From positions 19,314 through 83,313 of the forward strand of contig URCP01000002.1 of assembly GCA_900546315.1 (NCBI GenBank): DNA of 64,000 bases, written 5' to 3'. Shown here piece by piece: positions 27,609-36,984 of the stretch. Position 1 is the stretch's first letter; every line of letters begins with the position of its first letter. The notes beneath the pieces were generated by a model. That model had not been told where the DNA came from. It saw only the letters and a program-made list of their open reading frames with translations, and made no database searches. The DNA is from an uncultured Eubacteriales bacterium (GTDB lineage: Bacteria; Bacillota; Clostridia; Oscillospirales; CAG-272). The position numbers and the translations under genes were made by a program.

Positions 27609-29609
27609 ATGAAAGAAAAACCAACCCCGCTGTTCTGGTTCTTTGACAAGGACTGTGTGCGCGGCGACCGGTGGCGGGACGACATAAGCGATCTCGGGCG
27701 GGACAGCGATGTTGACCTGCTTATAGTCAGCGGACATGACGGAGTACAATTCGAGTATCCGGACGTGTATCACGATCTGCTCGCGGCTGTGGTTTCACAC
27801 GCCCATTCGCTCGGCATCGGGATAGCGCTGCACCTGAACCCGAGTCCCGGGTTCTTCAACGCGAACACATTCGGCGGTCCGGTGCCGGAGGTCGATCAAT
27901 CGGAGATCTTCCATATATCCGATCCCGCCGCGGCGTCCGCGATAGTCTCCGACTACGAGACTGTTCTCGACGGGGACGGGAAGGCGTCCATCACTCACAG
28001 CGCCAAGTGGGCAAGACCGAAGCTCGCGCCTTTATACTGCCGTATTCTGCGCGCGTACGCGTTCATGAAGGACAGCGACGGCTTTTACCGTCCCGGGACT
28101 CTCATTGATGTCACTTCCCGTGTGAAGGTTGTCGACAACCGGACAAAAAGCCTTACCGCTGAGGCGGACTGCGGCAGGGAATGTGCCGGGATGACCCTGT
28201 TTATAATGGTCGCTCAGTATTATAACTATACCCAGGTGTTCGGCAACTCACAGTCTGAGATATTCTGCCGCGTGATGGACGGATACGCTGACATACCGCT
28301 CGATGGAATAGCGCTCGATGAGTTCGGATATCTGTATCTCGACTGCCGCGGTGATCAGCCGCCGTTCCGCGGGAGGCTTTACTCGCCGGGGATGAAAAGG
28401 CATTTCGCGGAGCGGCTTGATACGGATATTGACAGGATTCTGTTTGATATGCGCTATGCTCCGTCAGACGATGACTCTGTCCGGATACGCGCGATCAACA
28501 CGTACTTTCGCGAGCTCAGGAAACCGCCCGCGGAGAATGAACGGCTTGTGTACGAGCACGCTAAGAAGCTGTTCGGAGATGATATCTATTTCGGAACCCA
28601 CGCGACCTTTCATAATGAACTCGATAACGATGAGATCTGGCACACAGGCTGCTGCTGGTGGGATATACCGACGACCTGCGGTCATACCGACGAGAATATC
28701 GGTATGCCGGTCAGAATGGGTGTCATGCTCTCGCGCGGAAAGCCGTTCCTCCTCGATATGTTCTATTCAAAGGACGCGTCAGCACATTACAGGCACATCG
28801 CGGAGGGAGCGCCGTTCGGATGCTTCGAGCTTCATCACGCGCTGAACGACCATCTTTGGGGGCAGGACTTCACAGAATCTGATTTTCTCGTGAAGATGCG
28901 CCGCTTTGACCGCGCAGTATCGGTTGTCCGGGACTTCGTTGATGATTATCCGCGGCTTGATCTCGCGGTGATATTCGGCTCATCCGCGCAGATGAACTGG
29001 TATCCGGATGAGGGAGTGAGAAACCACTGGGACATTAACGGCGGACTCGGGATCCGGCAGATCTGCGATGAGATCTGGTCAGCCGGGTACAGATGCGCGC
29101 TGATTCCGGACTATACGATAAGCGATGGAAGGATGACATTTGAAAACGGCAGGCTGTGCTTTGGCGGATACCGGTTCGAAAAAGTCTTGTTCCTATATCC
29201 GGAATACGCCGACCGCTGTGTATGCGGATTTCTTGAACGTGCCCGTCTCGGCGGGGTTTCTGTCGCGGCGGTCGGAACGGCGGACAGATACTTTGACGGC
29301 GGGAAGATGTTTTTTGATATCCCGCGGGAGGACAGTTTTGATATAAGCCTTTTGGACAGACTCGGATGCGTAAGGTCAGGGATATCGGATGGCTGTGTTC
29401 TCCGTGACGGGAGCTTCTCGATGGTGACTGCCGGCGGAATATCGGACGGCGAGGAGACGGCTTTTGATTTTATGTCCGGCGGCAGAAGGTTCAGCGGAGT
29501 CTGCACCGGGGTTCTGACATACCGCGACAGTCAGGGAGCGTTCGGAACAATCGGCGGAAAAGTGCTTGTGGACGGTGTTGAGGCACCGTTCAAGATCATT
29601 TCGGAATAA
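27609..29609 (+). CDS. hypothetical cytoplasmic protein (666 aa), possibly a glycoside-hydrolase-like enzyme
   Basis: Long ORF 58 nt after the GRE stop on the same strand. No signal peptide and no family recognisable by eye. Segments such as GIALDEFGYLYLD are reminiscent of TIM-barrel glycosidases, but this is unproven. Confidence 0.4.
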   Translation: MKEKPTPLFWFFDKDCVRGDRWRDDISDLGRDSDVDLLIVSGHDGVQFEYPDVYHDLLAAVVSHAHSLGIGIALHLNPSPGFFNANTFGGPVPEVDQSEIFHISDPAAASAIVSDYETVLDGDGKASITHSAKWARPKLAPLYCRILRAYAFMKDSDGFYRPGTLIDVTSRVKVVDNRTKSLTAEADCGRECAGMTLFIMVAQYYNYTQVFGNSQSEIFCRVMDGYADIPLDGIALDEFGYLYLDCRGDQPPFRGRLYSPGMKRHFAERLDTDIDRILFDMRYAPSDDDSVRIRAINTYFRELRKPPAENERLVYEHAKKLFGDDIYFGTHATFHNELDNDEIWHTGCCWWDIPTTCGHTDENIGMPVRMGVMLSRGKPFLLDMFYSKDASAHYRHIAEGAPFGCFELHHALNDHLWGQDFTESDFLVKMRRFDRAVSVVRDFVDDYPRLDLAVIFGSSAQMNWYPDEGVRNHWDINGGLGIRQICDEIWSAGYRCALIPDYTISDGRMTFENGRLCFGGYRFEKVLFLYPEYADRCVCGFLERARLGGVSVAAVGTADRYFDGGKMFFDIPREDSFDISLLDRLGCVRSGISDGCVLRDGSFSMVTAGGISDGEETAFDFMSGGRRFSGVCTGVLTYRDSQGAFGTIGGKVLVDGVEAPFKIISE

Positions 29610-29625
29610 GACAGCAAAAACGGAA

Positions 29626-29672
29626 TCCCTGTTTCCATGAGTGTTTTAGCGCATGGAAGCAGGGACTTTTTT
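29626..29672 (+). terminator. rho-independent terminator after the 666-aa gene
   Basis: 14-bp stem TCCCTGTTTCCATG / CATGGAAGCAGGGA (one G-U pair) with a 12-nt loop, followed by CTTTTTT. Confidence 0.7.
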
Positions 29673-29693
29673 ATATGGTTCCGAATGGTGTCA

Positions 29694-31154
29694 TTACCCT
29701 GCCATTCCTGCGACTGTCTTCTCAATAGCTTTCTCAAACGCGGAGCGGTTCTTCGCGATTATCGAGGACAGATCAGTGCCTTTGGTCATGCCGTCACGCA
29801 TCTGGGTGTCGAGGTTGCCCCACTGGTAGATGTCAGCGTTGTCGAGCACGAAGCTGTAGACAATAAGGTCGAGCATATCCGCCGAGTCGTCGTCGCGCAG
29901 AGCCTTGCCGGTAAGGACCTTGTCATAGAAGACCGGAACTATGTACTGCTTCGAGGTCTCGGCGATTGCCTCGATTATGAAGCCGGTACGGTCCGGGTTC
30001 TCGACTATCTTCGGAACGACGATCGGGCTGACGCACCAGCCGTTCGCGTTGCAGAGATAGTTTTCCTGTGCCTCGTCATACTTCGGCGCGGGGAGAATGC
30101 CGAAATCTATCTCGTAAGGACGCACGCGGTTCGCGACGTCGAGCACCTCATAGTAGAAAAGAGCCTTTCCGTCCGCGAAATCCTTCATCATCTTCGCCTG
30201 ATCCTGCATCTGATTATAGGTGTTCTTGTCTGACAGCAGCTGAACTATCCGGTCATACGCGCGTATCGATGTCTCGGAACCGACCTCTATTACAGGCATA
30301 TCGTCGCTGTCCTTAGATGTTATCTTCTCGTTGAAGCCATAGTAGAAGAACAGTCCGCCGACCGACGCGGGGAGCATCATTCCCCACTGATCCTCATCGT
30401 CCATCTTCGCGTTTCCATTGAGGTCAGCCGAGCCTGCGACTGCCATCGAGTTGAGGGCGTCGACTGTCCATTTTCCGCTTCTTACGAGATCATATGGATT
30501 GTCAAGCTTCAGGTTCTCGTGAATTGTCTTATTGAAAAACATGACGCTTATCGCGGAGAAGGAGTTTGTCGAAATGTCGCCCGCGGCGTAATAGAGCTTT
30601 CCTCCGATCGAAAGCGTGTCGCTGAACAGCTTGTTCCAGCAGTCATTGTCGAGGTCGAGGTATCGAAGCTGGTTTAGGTCGTACAGAAGCCCCTGCGACG
30701 CCGCGCCGCCCGCGGACCTCGCCATCGGGAAATACGCGTCATAGGTGGTGTCGCCCGCCATGATGAACGTCGTCATCTCGGAACCGTAGAAGTCCGCGCT
30801 GTAGCCCGCTTTTATTCTGAATCCGCACTTGTCCTCAAGATACAGGTTGCGTGAATAGACAGCGTCGTTCAGGATATCCCCGGTTTCCTCCTCCGCGACG
30901 AGGTCGTGTATTGACCAGTCTGTGCCCTGCTGGGTCAGCATTACGTTGAACTCATAGCCGTCAAGACCGAGCTGTTCGCGCAGCTCGGGCGTCAGACCGG
31001 TGACGATGTCGGTCGTTTCAGCCTCCGTTTCTGAGGCTGTGCCGGTCTCTCCGCCGGAACCGCTCGTGGTTTCTCCGCCGGGGCCGGTGCTTCCGCAGGA
31101 CACGGCGGACGCCGCCATAAGGAGCGCGAGTATCAGGGATAATCTTCTTTTCAT
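29694..31154 (-). CDS. extracellular solute-binding lipoprotein (ABC family-1 SBP type)
   Basis: Start at 31154 gives MKRRLSLILALLMAASAVSCGS (lipobox) with a GGAGGA SD. Family motif DFGILPAPKYDEAQENY. Confidence 0.8.
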   Translation of the reverse strand: MKRRLSLILALLMAASAVSCGSTGPGGETTSGSGGETGTASETEAETTDIVTGLTPELREQLGLDGYEFNVMLTQQGTDWSIHDLVAEEETGDILNDAVYSRNLYLEDKCGFRIKAGYSADFYGSEMTTFIMAGDTTYDAYFPMARSAGGAASQGLLYDLNQLRYLDLDNDCWNKLFSDTLSIGGKLYYAAGDISTNSFSAISVMFFNKTIHENLKLDNPYDLVRSGKWTVDALNSMAVAGSADLNGNAKMDDEDQWGMMLPASVGGLFFYYGFNEKITSKDSDDMPVIEVGSETSIRAYDRIVQLLSDKNTYNQMQDQAKMMKDFADGKALFYYEVLDVANRVRPYEIDFGILPAPKYDEAQENYLCNANGWCVSPIVVPKIVENPDRTGFIIEAIAETSKQYIVPVFYDKVLTGKALRDDDSADMLDLIVYSFVLDNADIYQWGNLDTQMRDGMTKGTDLSSIIAKNRSAFEKAIEKTVAGMAG

Positions 31155-31225
31155 TTGTGCTTCCTCCAAAATTAATATATTTTTTTTCTGGTAAAAAGGA
31201 ATATCGCTGTTGACTGAAATGCTTG

Positions 31226-32998
31226 TCACTGTCTCCATCTTCGCATGTGCGTACCGCTCTCGGTACGCACAAACCCGGACGCGGAGACACCGTTCAGGAC
31301 ATTTCCGGAAATATCCGCTCCGACACAATTGATGAGCCGAAGAAGAGCCGCGCCGTTTCCACAGATATCGCCGCGCTCGGTTCCGAACAGCCTGTTGCCG
31401 GTGAAGTCCAGACCGGAGACAGAGAACGCGAACAATACCGGTACACCGGAGGTCAGAAAAGCGTTGTCTGTTATCGATATTCCGCTGTGATACGGAAGGC
31501 TCTTCGACGGGCGCGGGATATCCGGGAATATCGTTATCACCGCTTCGCTGTACTCATACGGCGTCACAAAGCAGCTGTCGGTAAAGGTGTTGTGCCGGAT
31601 AGTCACATTCCGGCAGGCTCCGGGCGCGAACCAGAAATTCGTGTCGCCCGCTATGGCTATCGCGGCTCCGGGAGACTCGAAGACGTTGTCCTCAATCCTG
31701 ACCGGCATCGGGGTCATCACGACGATCCCGCGCGCGCGGCCGCTGCCGAAACAGCAGTTTCTGATCGTGACCGACGGGAAATCGCTGAAGTTCTCTATCG
31801 CGACGCTCCCGTCCGGCATCGCCGCGAGCGCTTCCGGGATGTCGCCGTCCGGGGTTATCCTGAACGTGTCTCGGTCAAGGAGAGTGAACTCACCGACCTT
31901 TGCCTCGCCGATGTATTTCATGTTCCGGCGATCTATGAACCTGAGTGCGTGTCCTGTTTTTGCCCAATGCCGGAAATTGCTGATTCCGGGTCTTGCGAAG
32001 CTGCCGGTGAGCGTTCCGTCTTCATTTATCCTGTCAAGCCGGACGCCGACGCTGTGAATATTGACCGGATCATCCTGAAGTCCGTGGAAACGGCAGCCCT
32101 CAATCGTGAGCGCCCCGCCGCAGCCGGAGACCTGTATGCCGTAGTCGCGCGAGCAGGCGATCTTCCGCCCGATACCGCGGTTCGGCGCGATCGTTATGTT
32201 ACGGCAGGTGACGTCGCGGCAGAACTGGAACAGCAGTCCCTCCCCGCAGGAATACAGAGTCAGGTTCTCACAGATGATTCCGGTGCTGTTCTCCGCGAAA
32301 ATACCGGAATGTATATGCTTGTTGTGTCTGAGGACGATAAGATCACCGACGCGCGGCGGAGAGCCAGGCGGCAGTATATCATCGATGTACAGCCGGAAGG
32401 TGTCGTCAGACAGAGCCTCGACGCTCTTGACTTTCACAATGTCGCTGCTCCGCGGGGTTACTTTAAGAGTATCCGGGTTATAGATCGTGTGGTCGCCGTA
32501 GGTCAGCTCGGATTCTTCTCCGTCGCCTATGTCGAAGTACATGCTGTAGTCCCGGACACGGCACGGGAACAGGTTCTGATTTATCCTGACGTCTATGAAA
32601 TCCGCGCTTCTGCCGATGATTTCTCCTTCCGACACGAGCGGCTTTTCCCAGTCTATCACGAGGTTTTTCAACGTTATATTTTCGCATCCGTCTATGGTGA
32701 ACGGCTGTAGATGCCCGTAGAACACGAATGTCGCTCCGCCCCCGTCGATTGTTATGTTCTTCCGGTCCTTTATAAGCAGGGAAAGGGTGCGCTCATACTG
32801 CGCGCCGTCCGTGTTCGAGAGCGAATACTCCCGGATAAGACCGTTCGAGGCGTGGAAGCGATATACTCCCTTCTCAAAGAGATATGTGACATTCTCCTCG
32901 TTTTCCGCGAGCACAGCGCCTATCCTGTCGGTGCAGTCAGCCGTCGTGTCCGGGAGGACACCGGCGCGGCTCATTTCAAATATCCTGTTTTCGTTCAT
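31226..32998 (-). CDS. right-handed parallel beta-helix repeat protein (probable glycosidase, family unassigned)
   Basis: Start at 32998 (MNENRIFEMSRAG...), 11 nt after the GH43 stop. Repeated motifs NITIDGGGATFVF, CENITLKNLVIDW, CENLTLYSCG and CRNITIAP are typical of beta-helix enzymes. No signal peptide. Confidence 0.6.
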   Translation of the reverse strand: MNENRIFEMSRAGVLPDTTADCTDRIGAVLAENEENVTYLFEKGVYRFHASNGLIREYSLSNTDGAQYERTLSLLIKDRKNITIDGGGATFVFYGHLQPFTIDGCENITLKNLVIDWEKPLVSEGEIIGRSADFIDVRINQNLFPCRVRDYSMYFDIGDGEESELTYGDHTIYNPDTLKVTPRSSDIVKVKSVEALSDDTFRLYIDDILPPGSPPRVGDLIVLRHNKHIHSGIFAENSTGIICENLTLYSCGEGLLFQFCRDVTCRNITIAPNRGIGRKIACSRDYGIQVSGCGGALTIEGCRFHGLQDDPVNIHSVGVRLDRINEDGTLTGSFARPGISNFRHWAKTGHALRFIDRRNMKYIGEAKVGEFTLLDRDTFRITPDGDIPEALAAMPDGSVAIENFSDFPSVTIRNCCFGSGRARGIVVMTPMPVRIEDNVFESPGAAIAIAGDTNFWFAPGACRNVTIRHNTFTDSCFVTPYEYSEAVITIFPDIPRPSKSLPYHSGISITDNAFLTSGVPVLFAFSVSGLDFTGNRLFGTERGDICGNGAALLRLINCVGADISGNVLNGVSASGFVRTESGTHMRRWRQ

Positions 32999-33009
32999 TA
33001 TCCGCCGCC

Positions 33010-34482
33010 TCAGACGCTCTCGTCCCTGACGCCGAACACAGTGAAGTCGGTAACGCCGGGGCGAAGACCTTCCGGATGACCGCATATTCGCAGTCTGACG
33101 CTTTCGCAGGAGACGGGTTTGATCTCCCTGTAATCCACGTGCAGCTCGGTGTCGTTGTCCGACGCGTCGACCAGCGTTATCCATTTGTCGATGTCGTTGT
33201 CGGGTCTGCCCTCCAGTATGAACCTGATTGGTCCGGGAACAGCCCCGCCGTCATAGTCAAGCCCGATGTCCCGCCAGATTATCCGCGCCGCGCCGACAAG
33301 ATACGGCGCCTGAAGATTGACCGTCATGACAGGCGTTTCATCATCGTCCGCCGGGCGCCAGAAGGTCGTGAGGGTCCCGTCGAGCGCGTAAAATCCCTCC
33401 CTCCCCTCTGTGTGGGAGGATACCCTGACCATCGCGCGCTGTCTCTCGGTGAGCGGCAGCATTCCCGTGGCGTTCGAGACCTCCGGTGAAGAGCTGACTC
33501 CGGGGGCGTACTGCGGCGTATCGGTCACGCCGTGCGGCGCGTAAAGCTCGCCCTCGCCGTTTATCGCGAGAAGGTCCATGCCGATGAGCCTTTCGTAAAG
33601 ATGCGTGCAGGCGACCGCGATCGTATAGAACGCCCAGATAGTTCCGTCCGGTCCCTCGGTGACGCATCCGTGCCCCGCGCCGGATATGAGCTTTGAGCGG
33701 CTTATCGTCACCGGGTTGTTCTTCTGAAGCACGAACCCCCCGAGCGGTCCTTTATCTGAATAGTACGCCGCCATGCAGTAGTTTGTGTACTCGGTTCCGG
33801 AGGACGCATAGATGAGATAGTATCTGCCGTTCCGTTTGAACATCCACTGTCCCTCGACCCAGCCGCACAGCGTGTCCTGATTGTGCTCACCGAAGCGCTC
33901 CCAGACATTCCTCCTGTCAAAGCGCGACAGGATTACGGGTTCGTCTTTCATTCTTCTCGGGTCGTCGCCGTCGAGCTCGACACCGCAGGAGCCGCTTATG
34001 AAGGTGCGCTTGTGCTGACCTTTTTCCATCATGAAGAAATAGAGATAAAGTCTGCCGTCGTCATCGACGAAAAGAGCCGGGTCGACCGGGCGGAACGGCT
34101 TCCCGTCCGGCAGAATGAAGTCCCCTGTATACTCAAAATCCCCCAGCGGTGAATCCGACACGTACAGCCCGTGCGAATGCGACGTCATAAGATATCTCCC
34201 GCGGAACGGCACGACGACCGGGCTGTATTTCATATCGTACGGTGTTGTGCGGATATGCTTCCAGTTTGTGAAATCGTTCGAGACATACGCCATGCCGTAG
34301 CTCGGGTAGAGATACCATCTGCCGTTCTCATAGAGGACCGACGGGTCGCTGATCGAGCGGTAGTCGGACGGTTCCTCTCCGGTGAAATCCATTATCTGCC
34401 ACCCGTCGGTCCCGCGGGGGATTGACGGGATTGACAGCGGGTTACAGTAGGTTTTGCGATTCTTGTTTTCCATAAATTGCAT
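33010..34482 (-). CDS. glycoside hydrolase family 43-like protein with a C-terminal F5/8 type C (CBM32-like) domain
   Basis: SISDPSVLYENGRWYLYPS, VVPFRGRYLMTSHS and LYVSDSPLGDFEY fit the GH43 five-bladed propeller. The C-terminus GFYALDGTLTTFWRPADDD...ARIIWRD resembles a discoidin domain. No signal peptide. Confidence 0.7.
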   Translation of the reverse strand: MQFMENKNRKTYCNPLSIPSIPRGTDGWQIMDFTGEEPSDYRSISDPSVLYENGRWYLYPSYGMAYVSNDFTNWKHIRTTPYDMKYSPVVVPFRGRYLMTSHSHGLYVSDSPLGDFEYTGDFILPDGKPFRPVDPALFVDDDGRLYLYFFMMEKGQHKRTFISGSCGVELDGDDPRRMKDEPVILSRFDRRNVWERFGEHNQDTLCGWVEGQWMFKRNGRYYLIYASSGTEYTNYCMAAYYSDKGPLGGFVLQKNNPVTISRSKLISGAGHGCVTEGPDGTIWAFYTIAVACTHLYERLIGMDLLAINGEGELYAPHGVTDTPQYAPGVSSSPEVSNATGMLPLTERQRAMVRVSSHTEGREGFYALDGTLTTFWRPADDDETPVMTVNLQAPYLVGAARIIWRDIGLDYDGGAVPGPIRFILEGRPDNDIDKWITLVDASDNDTELHVDYREIKPVSCESVRLRICGHPEGLRPGVTDFTVFGVRDESV

Positions 34483-34490
34483 CCTTGATA

Positions 34491-35426
34491 TCAGAGTTCC
34501 TGAGATTTTGTTTCCCTGCCCGACGCTCTTTTGCGGTATTCGGACGGAGTGGAGTTCATGTATTCCCTGAAGCGGCGGCAGAACATCTTCATGTCCTTGT
34601 AGCCGACCGCCGTCATTACGCTGTAGACCGTGTCGCTTGTCCCGGCGAGCAGATCGGCGGCTTCTCCGATGCGAAGCTCCTCGATGTACTTGCCGATTGT
34701 TTTGCCGGTCGCGTTCTTAAAGACGGTGAACATCTTCGAGCGGCTCACGCAGAGATGTCTCGCGAGGTCGTCGCTGTTTATCTTGGTGGCAAAATTTGCT
34801 TTCAGATACGCCGTTATCTCGCGTATCAGGGCGTCGTCGCCGGATTCCGCTGTCTCCTCATGACCGCTTCGCATTGTTTCCGGGATTCTCAGCAGCAGTT
34901 CGGCTACGCGCAGGCGCATGATTCCGTCGTGTATCCCGGACGGAGACTCAGTCTCCCGGATCATATCGCTGAAAATGCCGAGAAAGGTGTCCGTCTTGTG
35001 CGCCTGTATCCGCCAGACGGTGAGCCCGGGATCAAAAGCGGCGAAGAAGGGCTCAAGCAATCTGTCAGAGCTGAGACTCATGATCGACGTGTCGGCGGCG
35101 TCGCTGTTTTCCATGAGAAGGCTCGGGAAGAATGAGCACCCGTAGACCACCGTGGTCGAGATGGGCGTCAGCTTCATTCGCTCAGCCGCGTCAAGAAGCA
35201 CGAGCGTTCCGGGGCTGATCCCGTGTACCCCGCCGTCCATCGCGAGCTGACCGCTGCCAGACGAGATGAAGATCACGTGAATGAGATCATCTCCGCCGAT
35301 CCAGACGGGTTTCGTGAGTATGTATCTTTCAGCCTTCGATGGGTGCTTCAGTATCTTTGGGTTCCCCTTGATACTCAGTACCTTGCTGATTGGCATTTCG
35401 TTGAGATTTATAGGTAATTTGTTCAT
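34491..35426 (-). CDS. AraC family transcriptional regulator (cupin + HTH)
   Basis: The C-terminus LARHLCVSRSKMFTVFKNATGKTIGKYIEELRIGEAADLLAGT...VGYKDMKMFCRRFREYMNSTPSEY. The stop is 8 nt upstream of the GH43 start, so likely the same operon. Confidence 0.85.
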   Translation of the reverse strand: MNKLPINLNEMPISKVLSIKGNPKILKHPSKAERYILTKPVWIGGDDLIHVIFISSGSGQLAMDGGVHGISPGTLVLLDAAERMKLTPISTTVVYGCSFFPSLLMENSDAADTSIMSLSSDRLLEPFFAAFDPGLTVWRIQAHKTDTFLGIFSDMIRETESPSGIHDGIMRLRVAELLLRIPETMRSGHEETAESGDDALIREITAYLKANFATKINSDDLARHLCVSRSKMFTVFKNATGKTIGKYIEELRIGEAADLLAGTSDTVYSVMTAVGYKDMKMFCRRFREYMNSTPSEYRKRASGRETKSQEL

Positions 35427-35596
35427 TTGACGTCAGAATCCTTCCGACATTAATATACGATAACCCCGTATGGAGTTCCGCCGCCTGCGCCAGGCGACCC
35501 GTATACACAGATTTTATCACATCATCGACCGTATGTCAATCATAAAAACGGGATTTTGCCCGCTTGACCCATATTAAAAATACAAATCACCTAAAA

Positions 35597-35632
35597 GCAC
35601 AGGGCTGACGAGATGAAACGTCAGCCCTGTGC
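35597..35632 (-). terminator. rho-independent terminator
   Basis: Perfect 14-bp stem GCACAGGGCTGACG / CGTCAGCCCTGTGC with an 8-nt loop. The minus strand continues TTTTAGG. It lies 60 nt after the natural stop of the SBP pseudogene. Confidence 0.7.
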
Positions 35633-35691
35633 GATAATTTTCTGTTTCGTCTCACATGAGGCGCTGATGCCGTGGCACACTTTATCCGAGC

Positions 35692-36470
35692 TTCTCTATA
35701 AGTTCGTTCAGCGTTTTTCAACCTCGGGAGCGTTTTTCTGATAGCAGGACGCGAAGTCAGCGCTCTTTCCTTTTCCGCTAAGCGGTTCTTTCGATCGTGA
35801 TCTGAACACACATGAGTCCGCGCCAGTCAATTGAGATGTACTCCTTCTGTGTTTTGTCATACTTCGGGAAGGGAAGTATACCGAAGTCAACTTCGCTCTT
35901 TCTGTAGACAGCGGAGTCATTATGGGGCGCGAGCTCAAAAGTGTGTGGTCATATATGATGCCGGTCCGCGTCTCGTTCCAGTCTGTGATCGATGTCCAGA
36001 TGTAAGAGCTGTCGGATTTGTTGAAAAGATTGTCCATCTTTTCAACTATCCAGTACATTTTTTCACTGTTCAGCGCGAGCTGGTACTTTCCGTCTTTTTT
36101 CAACGATATACTGATTGCAGGACGTGGGTATGCTCGTCATCTTCCACGCCGCCTGAGCTGCGAAGCCGTAGAGGCCGTTCTCATGTGGGAATATTGTCTC
36201 GATATATCCGTGGCAGATCGTCTTGATTTCTATGCCGAGATGTTCCTCGATCTTTATCGTGCACATCTCCTATGGCAACCCCGAATCCCGCGGCGGTCTT
36301 CGGAGACGCGGCAATGAGGCTTCCGCAGTCCTGAAACATATGTATCAGACCGTTCGCGGACGCCATCGACGGGCTGTTCGGCGTGAACGGATAATTTGCG
36401 CCGGCGTGTATTCACCGGACAGAAAATCCACGTTGACGGTGGGGCGTTCCGGCATATGCGCCTAGTAGAT
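35692..36470 (-). pseudogene. degraded SBP lipoprotein gene (multiple frameshifts and internal deletion)
   Basis: Own translation of minus-strand frames finds the family hallmark EVDFGILPFPKYDKTQKEYISIDW near 35840-35900 and an SBP-like C-terminal end KTLNELIEKLG* (stop 35692-35694). Other pieces lie in three different frames (ORFs 35708-36103, 36063-36266, 36181-36366). Total length is about half of an intact paralog. The 5' limit is uncertain. Confidence 0.6.
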
Positions 36471-36839
36471 CCGTTTGCTCGTTATATCAAAATCCGGAGC
36501 TTTCTTTTTTATCCGCGAATTGCAATTATGGATAAGCCATTTGTAAAAGAAATAGTTGCGTGAGTAATAGTAATAGTATTAGTATTATTTTTCTAATAAT
36601 TGATTGAGAATCGGGCGGAAGCGAAGGCTATCCGTGTGACATCGGATGCCATCCAGGTTGAGCCGCTGGTTGTCGCTCCCATTGTTTCGCTGCCAATGCT
36701 TCTTGTGCTCTTGATTATTCTGTTTGTACCGGGAAGAAAAAATACGAAAACTGAGTAACTGGGTTATAGGCTATGTTCAGAATTTTCTGTAAAAGCCTGC
36801 AAATCCACCCCTTGGATGAACCTGCAAGAAATATCTGGC

Positions 36840-36903
36840 AATTATATGCCGACGGCGATGAACTCAAGGATAGCTATCGTTTTCACGCCGTCGGCATATA
36901 ATT
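36840..36903. repeat. 18-bp perfect inverted repeat with a 28-nt spacer
   Basis: AATTATATGCCGACGGCG (36840-36857) and CGCCGTCGGCATATAATT (36886-36903), 82 nt downstream of the stop of the minus-strand SBP gene. Possibly its terminator, though no clear U-tract follows. Confidence 0.6.
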
Positions 36904-36984
36904 ATTTATTGTACCACTTCTCGCAGAACTCCCCAATAGAAAGCTCCATCTTATATGTGATGACTCATCGCCCGTTACGCGCGT

